Assembly (NCBI GenBank): GCA_963805085.1
Contig: CAWDTA010000002.1
Span: 576,001-640,000, forward strand
Length of the DNA stretch: 64,000 nucleotides
Reading direction: 5' to 3'
From: an uncultured Veillonellaceae bacterium
GTDB lineage: Bacteria; Bacillota; Negativicutes; JARBTT01
Under the pieces are notes generated by a model. That model was not told the DNA's origin, did no database searches, and saw only the letters and a program-made list of their open reading frames with translations. The translations under genes and the position numbers were made by a program. Every line of letters starts with the position of its first letter. The stretch's first letter is position 1. Shown piece after piece: positions 44,802 to 54,876 of this stretch.

Positions 44802-45722
44802 TTATCTATTTACACTCGCTAATTTATTTACAATATTAGATAAATTATCACTTAAGCCCTTAATATTGGCTAAGCTTTTTGAAACTTCATTGTTGTCTAC
44901 TATATCTAGTGTTTTTTTACTCTTTACTGGTACATTGTTATTCATTGTAATTTCCGTTGAAATTTGACTTGAAAAAGCTTTAAACACAACCTCCTGTAAT
45001 TTTAGCATCATCAACTCACTATCTGCCATAATTTCGTCAAAATCATTTACAATACTACTTAATTTACTATCCTGTGCAATAGTAGGAGAACTATTTAGTT
45101 TATTTGTAATCTCCGTGACTTGTTTCGCCACTAATTTATGTAGGGCTTCTGCTACCCATTCAATAATTTTACATGCTGATTCCATAGAAGAAACACGATC
45201 ACCGCCGATAATATTCACATCTTTACGTAAATACGATTGATATTGCTTTCCTTCACCTAACATACTATTTAGAAAAGCATTTACCCCAATAATATATTTT
45301 GCTTGTTGCAATCTCTCAATAATTTCTTTTTTCGTCATTGTTTCTGCTATTGGAATAAAGTTAACCTCTGTAATACCTAAGTTGTGAAATCCTTGCATCA
45401 TTAAATTAATCCGCATTAAGCTTGAATGAAAAATATATACCTCAGAATCGACTGGTATCCGAGCAACCTTAACAAAAAATTGTGAGGTAAATCGTGGCTC
45501 AGCAAGTAAAATTTTTTCTCTTGGGACCATCTGCAATAAATAATCAACCTGTGGCACACCACAAACAAATAAATCCGCCACTGACGGATCTTTAATTTCA
45601 CTTATTGCACACTTTTCCACACTGCAGACTTCACCAACTATATTTTGAATGGATTGGTAAACTTCTTCGATCGCAGTAGCGCTACTACCAGTTGCCATAA
45701 TTTTTAAACTCAATATTTTCAC
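44802..45722 (-). CDS. Hypothetical protein with a helical C-terminus
   Basis: 306-aa ORF; no family recognised. Confidence 0.65.
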   Translation of the reverse strand: MKILSLKIMATGSSATAIEEVYQSIQNIVGEVCSVEKCAISEIKDPSVADLFVCGVPQVDYLLQMVPREKILLAEPRFTSQFFVKVARIPVDSEVYIFHSSLMRINLMMQGFHNLGITEVNFIPIAETMTKKEIIERLQQAKYIIGVNAFLNSMLGEGKQYQSYLRKDVNIIGGDRVSSMESACKIIEWVAEALHKLVAKQVTEITNKLNSSPTIAQDSKLSSIVNDFDEIMADSELMMLKLQEVVFKAFSSQISTEITMNNNVPVKSKKTLDIVDNNEVSKSLANIKGLSDNLSNIVNKLASVNR

Positions 45723-45953
45723 GCCCTTCTAGAAAAATGATCTATTTCTGTTAACGTATAGACTTACTAAACTATAGCTTTGCATAATACACTTTCATTC
45801 TAATATTTTCTTGTACTACACTCTTCTCATTATAATGCATTCTTCTTATTACCGTCAAAATCTTTTCCTTTACTATAAATACCAGTTCAATAAAGGCAAC
45901 ATGAACTGGTATTTATAGCTGAGTATCTCTATATTATTTTAGGGGCATTTGTA

Positions 45954-47318
45954 TTATTTGTTATTGAAATAAGCATCTTTTTGTACCGTTAATCTTTCAG
46001 CAAAAAGCGGCGCAAGTCCAATATAATTTTCTGCTCTCATAATATCATCAATTTTTTCATCACTAAGTACAGAAGATACCAATTTATCGTCTTTCAATAA
46101 ATCTTTTAATGAAGTTCTTGTCTTAAATGCTTGCATGGAAAGTTCATGAAGAATTTCATGCGCTGTTTGACGACCTAGTTTTTTACCAAGTTCCATCATA
46201 ATAGCTTCTGAGAAGATAAGACCATGCAAAGCTTCAAGATTTCGCGCCATGTTCTCTGGATAAACCACTAATTTATTAACTAATTTGATTGCCCTTTCAA
46301 CCGATGCATGAACAGTTGAGCAAGTTCTTTCTAATAGTAACGGTTCTGCCGCTGCACTTCTTGGATCTCTTTCGTGCTCCAATTCTAATGCATTCATCAT
46401 GGTTTCAGCATAACCGCGAATTAATTTTGCATTTGTGGCAAGTTCCATCGAACGAAACGGATTACGCTTATGCGGCATTGTACTGCTGCCAACTGATTCT
46501 GCGCCTTGACTTTCTTCCAGTTCAGCTATTTCCGATTTTTGCAATGCATAAACTTCGTTGCCGATTTTCGCCATACTCGCCGCCATGATTGCTAAATTAT
46601 TAATAAATTCAGCATAATGATTTCGCGAAGTTGACCAAGCGACTGGTGGCACATGTAAGCCTAATTTATTTAGTAAGCCTTCTTGAATAGCAAGGCCATT
46701 TTCTTGCAAAGCAGCAAGTGTTCCAACAGCCCCAGCAAAAAGACCTCTAAATACACGCTTTTCACATTCCTTTAAGCGATCAATCCCCTCACGAATTTCA
46801 AAGCCCCATACAGCCATCTTATATCCTAACGTAATTGGCATCGCATGCTGACCATTTGTCCGCCCAACCATCACAAGATTTTTATGTTCTTCCGCCTTCT
46901 CTGCTACAATTTTATATAGTTCTTCAAATCTTGGCATTAAAATTTCATAAGCTTCTTTAATTTGAAGTGTTGTTGCTGTGTCAAGAATATCTTGTGTTGT
47001 TGCACCCCAATGCACATATTCTCCAGCATTATTATCACAAATCTTTTTATATGCATGTACCAACGGTATAAACGGATGACCTGTTCGCGCAAAATCAGCT
47101 AACAATGCATCAAAATCGATCAACTCTACTTTTGATTTTTTAACAATTTCCTCTGCCATTTCTTTCGGAATAATACCAAGTTCTGCTTCAACTTCTGCAA
47201 GCGCTGCCTCACAGTCCATTTGTTTCTGTACTTTATTTGCATCACTAAATACGCGCTTCATTTCAGTCGTTGTGAAATAAATATCAGTTATTGTCGACTG
47301 TTCATATATATTAGACAT
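45954..47318 (-). CDS. Fumarase/aspartase-superfamily lyase (adenylosuccinate lyase/PcaB-like)
   Basis: VHWGATTQDI, GRTNGQHAMP and GSSTMPHKRNP motifs; start set at ATG 47318. Confidence 0.85.
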   Translation of the reverse strand: MSNIYEQSTITDIYFTTTEMKRVFSDANKVQKQMDCEAALAEVEAELGIIPKEMAEEIVKKSKVELIDFDALLADFARTGHPFIPLVHAYKKICDNNAGEYVHWGATTQDILDTATTLQIKEAYEILMPRFEELYKIVAEKAEEHKNLVMVGRTNGQHAMPITLGYKMAVWGFEIREGIDRLKECEKRVFRGLFAGAVGTLAALQENGLAIQEGLLNKLGLHVPPVAWSTSRNHYAEFINNLAIMAASMAKIGNEVYALQKSEIAELEESQGAESVGSSTMPHKRNPFRSMELATNAKLIRGYAETMMNALELEHERDPRSAAAEPLLLERTCSTVHASVERAIKLVNKLVVYPENMARNLEALHGLIFSEAIMMELGKKLGRQTAHEILHELSMQAFKTRTSLKDLLKDDKLVSSVLSDEKIDDIMRAENYIGLAPLFAERLTVQKDAYFNNK

Positions 47319-47592
47319 ACTCTCGTACCACCTATCATTACTTAATTTATGACTTATTATAACATTGTAATCTATCATTAATTTCATTTCGTTGTTATGA
47401 TATCATAGTTCAAGTTTATTTTTATGTAAATTAGTTTATAATTTTATATTTCACACAAAAATTAATAATAGCATAGAAAATCAAAACTACTACCACTTTG
47501 AGCCTATCTAAATTTCTTTACAAAATAAAACAAGCTAATTATAAATCATATTTCTAATTAACTTGTTTATTTTCATGTTAAATATTTTTTAT

Positions 47593-49617
47593 TTAAGCTT
47601 TAAACTTTCTTACCCCAGCCTGTAAATCACCAGCTAAATTAGCTAAATTTTGACTCGCGGAAGCAATTTCCTGCATGGATGCAGATTGCTCTTCAGTAGC
47701 TGCCGATACGGACTGTGCTTCATCGGAATTTGATTTACTTACCTTATCAATTTCTTCAATTGCCGATAACATTGTGGTACTGCCATCTGCCATCTTATGA
47801 ATTGAATCAGAAACGACGACAAATTCACGCGAAAGATTTTCAATAGATCCGACGATTGATTTAAAAATTTCATCTGCTGAATTGACAGCCACTATTCCGA
47901 CTTGTACACTTTCTGCACCAGATTTACTTGCCTCAACTGCATTTTCCATATCCAGCTGGTTTTTCTTCACCAATTCAGTAATTTTTTGCGAAGACCTATT
48001 TGACTCTTCCGCAAGTTTTCTAACTTCCTCTGCAACAACAGCAAAGCCACGCCCAGCTTCGCCGGCACGTGCCGCTTCAATCGCTGCATTAAGCGCCAAT
48101 AAATTCGTTTGTCCCGCAATGCTCGAAATCAGTTCAACAATATTACCAATTTCTGCGGAACCTTTTGCCAGTTCAGAAATGGAATACTGAATGGTTTCTG
48201 TACCATTATGAATATGATTCATTTGGTCAACGACTTTTGCAATTGATGTTCGCCCTGATTCAGCTTGGTTTGTTGTTTCTTTTGCAACACCAACAATCAT
48301 TTTTGTCTTTTCTGACATATCCACTGCATGATTTGCTATATCTCTGGTAATTGCATTTACTTTCTCAGCCGAATCTGATTGCTTTTCAACACCATCTGCA
48401 ATCTCAGTAATCGAAATAGCTACTTGATTTGATGCTTCCGCCGACTGCTGAGCTGCTGCCGTCAGCTCTTCACTAGCAGCAGCTACCTGCTCGGATTGTG
48501 ACTGTACTTTACGAACTAAATTTCGCAATGTATTTCGCATCATATTAAAGCCTTGTGATAATTGACCAATTTCATCCTCTGTATTAATTTTAATATCAGA
48601 TTGTGTTAAATCTCCTTGATTCAAAGTCATACACTCATTACGAATGATTTCAATTGGATTCGATATTCGTTTTGAAAAATAATATATTACAAAAATAGCA
48701 ATTAGTACTGCTACAGTTGAAACAAAAAGCATCATCTTCAATAATGCATTGGCTTCTGCGTTGACTTCTACTTTTGGTGCAGCAACAATAACCGCCCATT
48801 GACGCCCCTCAAGAGAAATCGGACTAATTACACCTACCATATCCACATTGTCTGGCGTTTTATAGCTTAAAGCTGCTTGCTGCTTGGACTCAATCGCTTT
48901 TTTAAAACTCTCTATGATCTGGTCATCTACTTCACCCGGAACTCCATCGGTAGTTTTCTTGGTCAAATTCATCTTGCCGACAACTTCGGTGTGCTGCCCA
49001 AAGCCAAGAACCAATCCTGTTTCATCCGCCAAATAAGCATAACCAGTTTCTTTAAACTTGATTTTCCCCATCATTTCCGATAAATTATCTAAATTGACTG
49101 TAGCAAAAACAGCACCAATAATTTTGCCATGATCAAACACTGGTCTTGTTAAAGATGTTATTAACTTACCTGTCGTTCCTGACACTGACGGATCTGAAAT
49201 ATATGGTTTTTGTGTCGTTTTTACCTTTGTCAGATAAGCCGGTTCCTTACGATCACCTGGCTTGAAAACTTTCCCTGAACTGTTAACAACAGCTTCATTC
49301 ATATCACAAAAACCAACTATATCAAAGCCCGGGCTACGCTTTTTTAAATCAGCTAGCAATTGTATGCGTTTTGCATTATCACCATGGATCAATTCTTCAT
49401 TTGAGACTACTTCGTCTAAGCGAATCATTTTTTCATCCATTGATTTATCAATTTCAGCTGCAATCTGCCTACCAACGCCACGGGCAATCGTGTCCGCATC
49501 TTTTAACAATGTTTGATTTGCCGCATAATGCGTAATTGCTAGCAAAATTCCAAAACTTATAATAAACAAAGGTAATAAAACAACTATGATTTTAGTTCGA
49601 ATACTTTTAAACTTCAC
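47593..49617 (-). CDS. Methyl-accepting chemotaxis protein (dCache-like, HAMP and MCP domains)
   Basis: Two TMs; DEIGQL HAMP motif; [38 protein letters not shown]. Confidence 0.96.
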   Translation of the reverse strand: MKFKSIRTKIIVVLLPLFIISFGILLAITHYAANQTLLKDADTIARGVGRQIAAEIDKSMDEKMIRLDEVVSNEELIHGDNAKRIQLLADLKKRSPGFDIVGFCDMNEAVVNSSGKVFKPGDRKEPAYLTKVKTTQKPYISDPSVSGTTGKLITSLTRPVFDHGKIIGAVFATVNLDNLSEMMGKIKFKETGYAYLADETGLVLGFGQHTEVVGKMNLTKKTTDGVPGEVDDQIIESFKKAIESKQQAALSYKTPDNVDMVGVISPISLEGRQWAVIVAAPKVEVNAEANALLKMMLFVSTVAVLIAIFVIYYFSKRISNPIEIIRNECMTLNQGDLTQSDIKINTEDEIGQLSQGFNMMRNTLRNLVRKVQSQSEQVAAASEELTAAAQQSAEASNQVAISITEIADGVEKQSDSAEKVNAITRDIANHAVDMSEKTKMIVGVAKETTNQAESGRTSIAKVVDQMNHIHNGTETIQYSISELAKGSAEIGNIVELISSIAGQTNLLALNAAIEAARAGEAGRGFAVVAEEVRKLAEESNRSSQKITELVKKNQLDMENAVEASKSGAESVQVGIVAVNSADEIFKSIVGSIENLSREFVVVSDSIHKMADGSTTMLSAIEEIDKVSKSNSDEAQSVSAATEEQSASMQEIASASQNLANLAGDLQAGVRKFKA

Positions 49618-50177
49618 TTTATCTCCTCCTCGTATAATAAGTTTTGTAAGTAATACTCCGCTATTGTTTACAAATTAAATCTAAATTTTGCAATTTTTTT
49701 CGCACAACTAAGTAATCTCTTGTGTTACCTGTATTCTACTATATATAATTTTTTTTAATATTGTTTTGTTGTTATCTTATCATAATGTTTATTTATGTTT
49801 ATACTTTCTTGCAGTATTTTCTTATGTCGGCACTAGAAGTTATGGTATCATAGCTTATCCTTTTTCTATCTAACTATTTATAAATCAAATAAAGCACTCA
49901 CAAAATTATGAGTGCTTCTGAACTTGATCAGTACTTACTAATTTAAAAGACTATTTCTATTTTGAAATAGTCTTTTACTAGAATTTGCTACCTTATTTAA
50001 CTTTCGTTAATCAGTTTGTTCTCTTTGTATAATTTACATCTAATTCACTTGGAGCGCAGTTAATTACATCATTATTATTTGCACCACACTCTTCTAAATA
50101 AGTAATTGTTGCAAACTCGTCAACAACCATTTATTGAATGGATTAAAGACTGTGTGAAATATATCAATACGAAATAA

Positions 50178-50216
50178 AGCAAGTAGCTGTTACAAAAAAA
50201 GTAACAGCTACTTGCT
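50178..50216. terminator. Terminator after murQ
   Basis: AGCAAGTAGCTGTTAC / GTAACAGCTACTTGCT perfect inverted repeat. Confidence 0.75.
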
Positions 50217-50223
50217 GAGAACC

Positions 50224-51147
50224 TCATTTTAAGGCTGGTTTCACGCTTAATGCCTTACGAATAACCCCATGGGCTTTTTTTAACCGCATCTTAGCTTCTT
50301 CCAGCGTACATGCTTTTTTTATCATAACAATTGCCAGCTTAGGGCTATAGTTAGCCTGTTCCAGAAATTCCTTTGCCATCTCTATGGAAAGTCCGGTAGC
50401 CTGGGCAACAATTCCTTTGGCCCGTTCCAAAAGTTTCACATTGCTGGCCTTCACGTCCACCATCAAATTTCCATACACTTTTCCAATCTGGATCATCGCA
50501 GCCGTCGTAATCATATTCAGTACTAGTTTTTGGGCCGTACCGGCTTTCATGCGGGTAGAACCGGATATAGCCTCCGGACCGACGACTGGTGTGATCGCAA
50601 TTTGGGCTAAATCGCCAATGACCGAATTGGGTGAACAACTAATCGCCATGGTAGTCGCACCAAGATCGTTTGCATACTTAAGTCCGCCCACAACATAGGG
50701 AGTACGTCCACTGGCAGCAATACCGATCAAAACATCGGACACTGACAAACCGATATTTTGCAATTGTCTAATCGCTTCTTCTTCGTCATCTTCAGCACCT
50801 TCGATAGCACTGCGCAAAGCAAGATCACCACCGGCGATCAGACCGACAACGACACTGTCATCAACGCCAAAGGTTGGCGGACATTCAGAAGCATCCAACA
50901 CTCCCAGCCGGCCGCTTGTCCCTGCACCTATGTACACCAGCCGCCCTCCCTGCCGCAGTGCTTCAACTACTTTATCGACAGCTAATGCAACATTGGGTAA
51001 CTCCTTCTCCACAGCATATGCCACTGTCTTATCCTCATCGTTAAGCAACTGTAGCATTTCCACAGTACTTAACTGATCGATATTTCCCGTTTTAGGATTT
51101 CTTTGTTCTGTCATCAAACTCTCTATATCTACTATCAAACTATCCAC
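50224..51147 (-). CDS. murQ: N-acetylmuramic acid 6-phosphate etherase
   Basis: TEQRNP, GAGTSGRLGVLDASECPPTF, GAED and GSTRMKAGTAQK motifs. Confidence 0.96.
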   Translation of the reverse strand: MDSLIVDIESLMTEQRNPKTGNIDQLSTVEMLQLLNDEDKTVAYAVEKELPNVALAVDKVVEALRQGGRLVYIGAGTSGRLGVLDASECPPTFGVDDSVVVGLIAGGDLALRSAIEGAEDDEEEAIRQLQNIGLSVSDVLIGIAASGRTPYVVGGLKYANDLGATTMAISCSPNSVIGDLAQIAITPVVGPEAISGSTRMKAGTAQKLVLNMITTAAMIQIGKVYGNLMVDVKASNVKLLERAKGIVAQATGLSIEMAKEFLEQANYSPKLAIVMIKKACTLEEAKMRLKKAHGVIRKALSVKPALK

Positions 51148-51299
51148 CTCATTAATATTTTGTATCCCTTACCGCTATAACTGAATTACCTTTTCATTAA
51201 ATTACAGTATTCACATATTCTCCAATTTAAAATGTTCTTAACTAACGATTTACGTAAAAAGACTTGGCATAGTACACGTCAATTTTTTTTCGTATTTGT

Positions 51300-52208
51300 T
51301 CACTTCAATGCTTGCAATGCCAGTATTACCGCGCCCGATACAGGTTCAGCCTCAGAACACCTGATATCCACTTTATCTTGCAGCTTAGCAATAACTCGCT
51401 CTCCTACCTGTGGAATCTTTTGCAAAATACTTCCAAACAATACAACTTTTATCTTCGGAGCAGCAACAAATCCTCTGGCTATAACGGATTCAATCAAAGC
51501 AATTATTTTGTCCGCTGCATCCTTTAAAATGGCAATAGCTACCACGTCACCATTCGTTGCAGCGTTAACCACTACTTTGCTGAGTACGGCTACCTGCTTT
51601 TTAGTTGTTTTGGGATGATATATGAAAGTAATTAAATCATCAAAGGATGCGATTTGCAAGAACGTGAAGATGCCAGCTAACAATACAGTAGATTGCTCCA
51701 TACCTTCTGCTGCTTTAATACCTCGCACTAGAGCTTGCCGAGCAATGTAGTAGCCACTTCCTTCATCGCTGACTACATGTCCCCAGCCACCAGCCCGAAA
51801 ATATTCGCCCTGTGCATTTACCCCATAAACAATAGAACCTGTACCAGAAATAGCCACAATACCTTCCCTTTTGCCAATTCCAGCAACCAAAGCAATCTCC
51901 GCATCATTATAGAGGCTATAACGTCCTTTTAATCCCAAATCATCCAGAGCCATGCCAATACTCACCTTATCTTGCTGTCGGTCGACACCTGCCAGCCCTA
52001 AAGAAATGAACCGTAAATCACTACGTTCCAGACCAGTGGTCGCAAATTCATCCAACATGTCGCTGATAAGTTGACCAAATTTAACTATACCAATAACATG
52101 ATGGTTCGAGGCTCCTCTTTCCACCTTCACTAGGATTTTACCATTCCGATCCGCAGCCCAACCGTTGGTCTTGCTGCCACCTCCATCAATCCCTAATACC
52201 CATTCCAT
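51300..52208 (-). CDS. BadF/BadG-type amino-sugar kinase (GlcNAc/MurNAc kinase, MurK-like)
   Basis: GIDGGGSKT, GLAGVD, ISGTGS and RAGGWG..SDEGSG motifs. Confidence 0.85.
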   Translation of the reverse strand: MEWVLGIDGGGSKTNGWAADRNGKILVKVERGASNHHVIGIVKFGQLISDMLDEFATTGLERSDLRFISLGLAGVDRQQDKVSIGMALDDLGLKGRYSLYNDAEIALVAGIGKREGIVAISGTGSIVYGVNAQGEYFRAGGWGHVVSDEGSGYYIARQALVRGIKAAEGMEQSTVLLAGIFTFLQIASFDDLITFIYHPKTTKKQVAVLSKVVVNAATNGDVVAIAILKDAADKIIALIESVIARGFVAAPKIKVVLFGSILQKIPQVGERVIAKLQDKVDIRCSEAEPVSGAVILALQALK

Positions 52209-52345
52209 TGTTTATAAAATCCCTCCTATCATGTCGCTGCTCATTTTAATGACGTCTAGATGATTTGTATAATTAGTTCACTTTAATATTTACCCTAGAT
52301 TATATTCTTATAAATCTCTTAGAAACCGTCTGCCAATACTAAATA

Positions 52346-53443
52346 TTACTTTGCTGAAACCAATATATCTTTGAAGCAAAATGAGCAGCCGGGCTGAATG
52401 TACTCCAACAGAAATAATTCCTCCTTGATTACTTGAGCCACTACATTGGTTCTCGCGTCAATCGGCAATTCGTGACATACCACTTGTAATTCACCCATGT
52501 AACGGAGATACTCGACATTATCAATGGTCACCGCACCACAGGGCCGGGGTAAAGGTAACTGTTTCATAATAGTCTCACGACATAAACTTCGAGCTTCTTG
52601 GGAACGAATAACATGTTCACCCGGATCATTACGATTGGTATGTCTGCCTAAAAGTATAGCTCTTTCCATGCTGCTGATGCCAGGTTTGGTTTCAACCGCA
52701 AGTTCAATACAGCTTTCATCCAAGGCAGCCACTCCGGACAGCTCTTCAAGGGATGCAAACGGATCACCGAAAATTACTGCATCAACCAGTTTGCTGGCAA
52801 ATAAATGTTTTGTCGCAGTAACCGGATTCATATGTCGATGTTGCTCTAGAGACGGCACCCCCTCATATATCGGTCCCCGGGGATTGTTATGTGAAGCAAT
52901 AAAAGCCGCTACCGGTATACCATAACTGCGAAAAAGCTGTGACCGCTCGGCAAAAAGGCGGTACGACAATCCGGTTTCCGGACGAGGATAATAGTTGTGA
53001 CAAGCGCGCAAACGAGCGGGATCAATTCCCTCACCCAAAATAGTATTAAGTATTTTCTGGTCAATTGTGCTGGCGTTCAGTTCAATGTCAAATTCGCTTT
53101 CTTTAACCAATCGAGCGGTTTCGTGAAGGTTAAACCCAAAATCCAGACGCAGCGTGTCAATACCGAGTTTGCATAAATCATCGATATTCCCCTGCGTTAT
53201 TCCTAATAATTCAAATGAAGCTGGAGAAATGTCGGCAGTTATGTAAAAGCCTAACTGCCTTGCATATTTGACCATATTCGTGAATTCATTCAAAATCTTT
53301 TGACTATCAGCCTCGGGAATATGTAAGGAAGTAAAGATCCGTGAATAACCATATTGGTGTGCAGTAAACAAGTATTCTCGAATAGCATCTTCCTTGTACC
53401 CCATGCCGACATAGACCGATATACCTCTTTCCATCGACATCAA
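52346..53443 (-). CDS. mupG: 6-phospho-N-acetylmuramidase (DUF871/MupG family)
   Basis: GISVY, IFTSLHIPE, LRLDFG, LNAST, CHNYYPRPETGL and RYMGELQ motifs; next to murP and murQ. Confidence 0.88.
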   Translation of the reverse strand: MMSMERGISVYVGMGYKEDAIREYLFTAHQYGYSRIFTSLHIPEADSQKILNEFTNMVKYARQLGFYITADISPASFELLGITQGNIDDLCKLGIDTLRLDFGFNLHETARLVKESEFDIELNASTIDQKILNTILGEGIDPARLRACHNYYPRPETGLSYRLFAERSQLFRSYGIPVAAFIASHNNPRGPIYEGVPSLEQHRHMNPVTATKHLFASKLVDAVIFGDPFASLEELSGVAALDESCIELAVETKPGISSMERAILLGRHTNRNDPGEHVIRSQEARSLCRETIMKQLPLPRPCGAVTIDNVEYLRYMGELQVVCHELPIDARTNVVAQVIKEELFLLEYIQPGCSFCFKDILVSAK

Positions 53444-53460
53444 TTCATACCTCCTATTTA

Positions 53461-54798
53461 TTATTCTTCATTTTTAGGATCATCAAAGCCTACAAACCAA
53501 GTAATCGCGAACCCTGCGACATAAGCAATAAACAGACCGATTAGATAATACATAACGCCACCGGGCTTAATTAAAAATGCTAATGACAGCCCGGAGACAC
53601 CTAATGCGATAGACTTAACCTGCATTAACGCCTGAAACGCACCGCCAAATCCGGCGCCTATGCAGGCTGTTATGAAAGGGCGTCCCAGCGGCAAAGTTAC
53701 ACCAAAAATGAGCGGTTCACCTATACCTAGAAAGCCTACCGGCAATGCTCCTTTTATTAATTCCTTAAGTTTTTTATTTTTGGTTTTAAAATAAACAGCA
53801 ATTGTGGCTCCTACTTGACCGCCACCTGCCATGGCCAATATAGGTAAAAGCGGATTTTCCTTCAATGTATTTAACAGTTCCATGTGGACAGGCGTTAATC
53901 CTTGATGCAGGCCGGTCATAACTACAGGCAAAAAGGTACCGGCTAAAACAAAACCAGCAAGAAGGCCACCCGAACTTATCATAAATTTAAAAAACCCTAT
54001 AATGCCATCCGATAGATATCCGCCTATCGGTTGTAAGATATAGTATGTAGCAAATCCTGTAACAAGTAAAGTTAAGGTCGGAGTTACGATGATGTCAATC
54101 GCAGTCGGAACAAATTTACGCAACCGTTTTTCCACAACGCTCATAAACCAAGCCACCAGCAGTACGCCAACTAGACCACCACGTCCTGGAACCAACGCCA
54201 TTCCACTAATTTTTATGGTAGCAATCGCCGGATTGATAATCAAAACACCAGCTAAGCCCCCCATAGCAGGCGACCCGCCAAATTCCTTTGCTGCATTTAT
54301 ACCGACAAAAACGCCTAGATAGGAAAAAATACCCCAGCCAATTACATTTAGTATGGAGATCAATGCCCCCTGAGGATCAGCGCCGCAGCGAATTGCCACA
54401 TTCGTTATGCCGGCGACCATGCCGGAACCAACAATAGCTGGCATCAGCGGTACAAAAATACTAGATAATTTCTGTAAAAATAATTTGAAGGGAGTACGGT
54501 TTTTATCCTTATATGCGGCTTTAAGATCATTAACTTCTCCCATCGCTAGATTAGTCAAATCGCTAAACTCTGCAGCTACCTTATTTACTACACCTGGTCC
54601 GAGAATGATTTGAAGTTGCCCTGCTTGTTCCAAAGTGCCCAAAACTCCAGAGATTTGTTTGAGCTTAGTAATATCAACCTTTTCCAAAGAACTGATTGTC
54701 AGCCTTAGTCTGGTCATACAATGCGTTGCAGCGGCAATATTCTCTGTTCCTCCAACGGTATTAATTATTTGTTGAGCCAAATCTCGTTCCTTTGCCAT
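53461..54798 (-). CDS. murP: PTS EIIBC component, MurNAc type
   Basis: HCMTRLR phospho-Cys motif; GLHQGLTP, LAMAGGGQVG and GIGEPLIFGV motifs. Confidence 0.88.
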   Translation of the reverse strand: MAKERDLAQQIINTVGGTENIAAATHCMTRLRLTISSLEKVDITKLKQISGVLGTLEQAGQLQIILGPGVVNKVAAEFSDLTNLAMGEVNDLKAAYKDKNRTPFKLFLQKLSSIFVPLMPAIVGSGMVAGITNVAIRCGADPQGALISILNVIGWGIFSYLGVFVGINAAKEFGGSPAMGGLAGVLIINPAIATIKISGMALVPGRGGLVGVLLVAWFMSVVEKRLRKFVPTAIDIIVTPTLTLLVTGFATYYILQPIGGYLSDGIIGFFKFMISSGGLLAGFVLAGTFLPVVMTGLHQGLTPVHMELLNTLKENPLLPILAMAGGGQVGATIAVYFKTKNKKLKELIKGALPVGFLGIGEPLIFGVTLPLGRPFITACIGAGFGGAFQALMQVKSIALGVSGLSLAFLIKPGGVMYYLIGLFIAYVAGFAITWFVGFDDPKNEE

Positions 54799-54876
54799 TA
54801 TTCTACCCCCATAAAATTCTAATTAAGATCATACATTTACTAATTTTTTAGAATGGATGAGTTTTGCAACAAACTC

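Noticed and set aside
45954-47318. Calling this gene purB
   Set aside because: The superfamily signature is shared with other lyases, the catalytic-His motif differs and there is no purine context, so the symbol was withheld.
50011-50130. 39-aa minus-strand ORF (MVVDEFATITYLEECG...)
   Set aside because: No RBS and no recognisable motif; at most a gene remnant.
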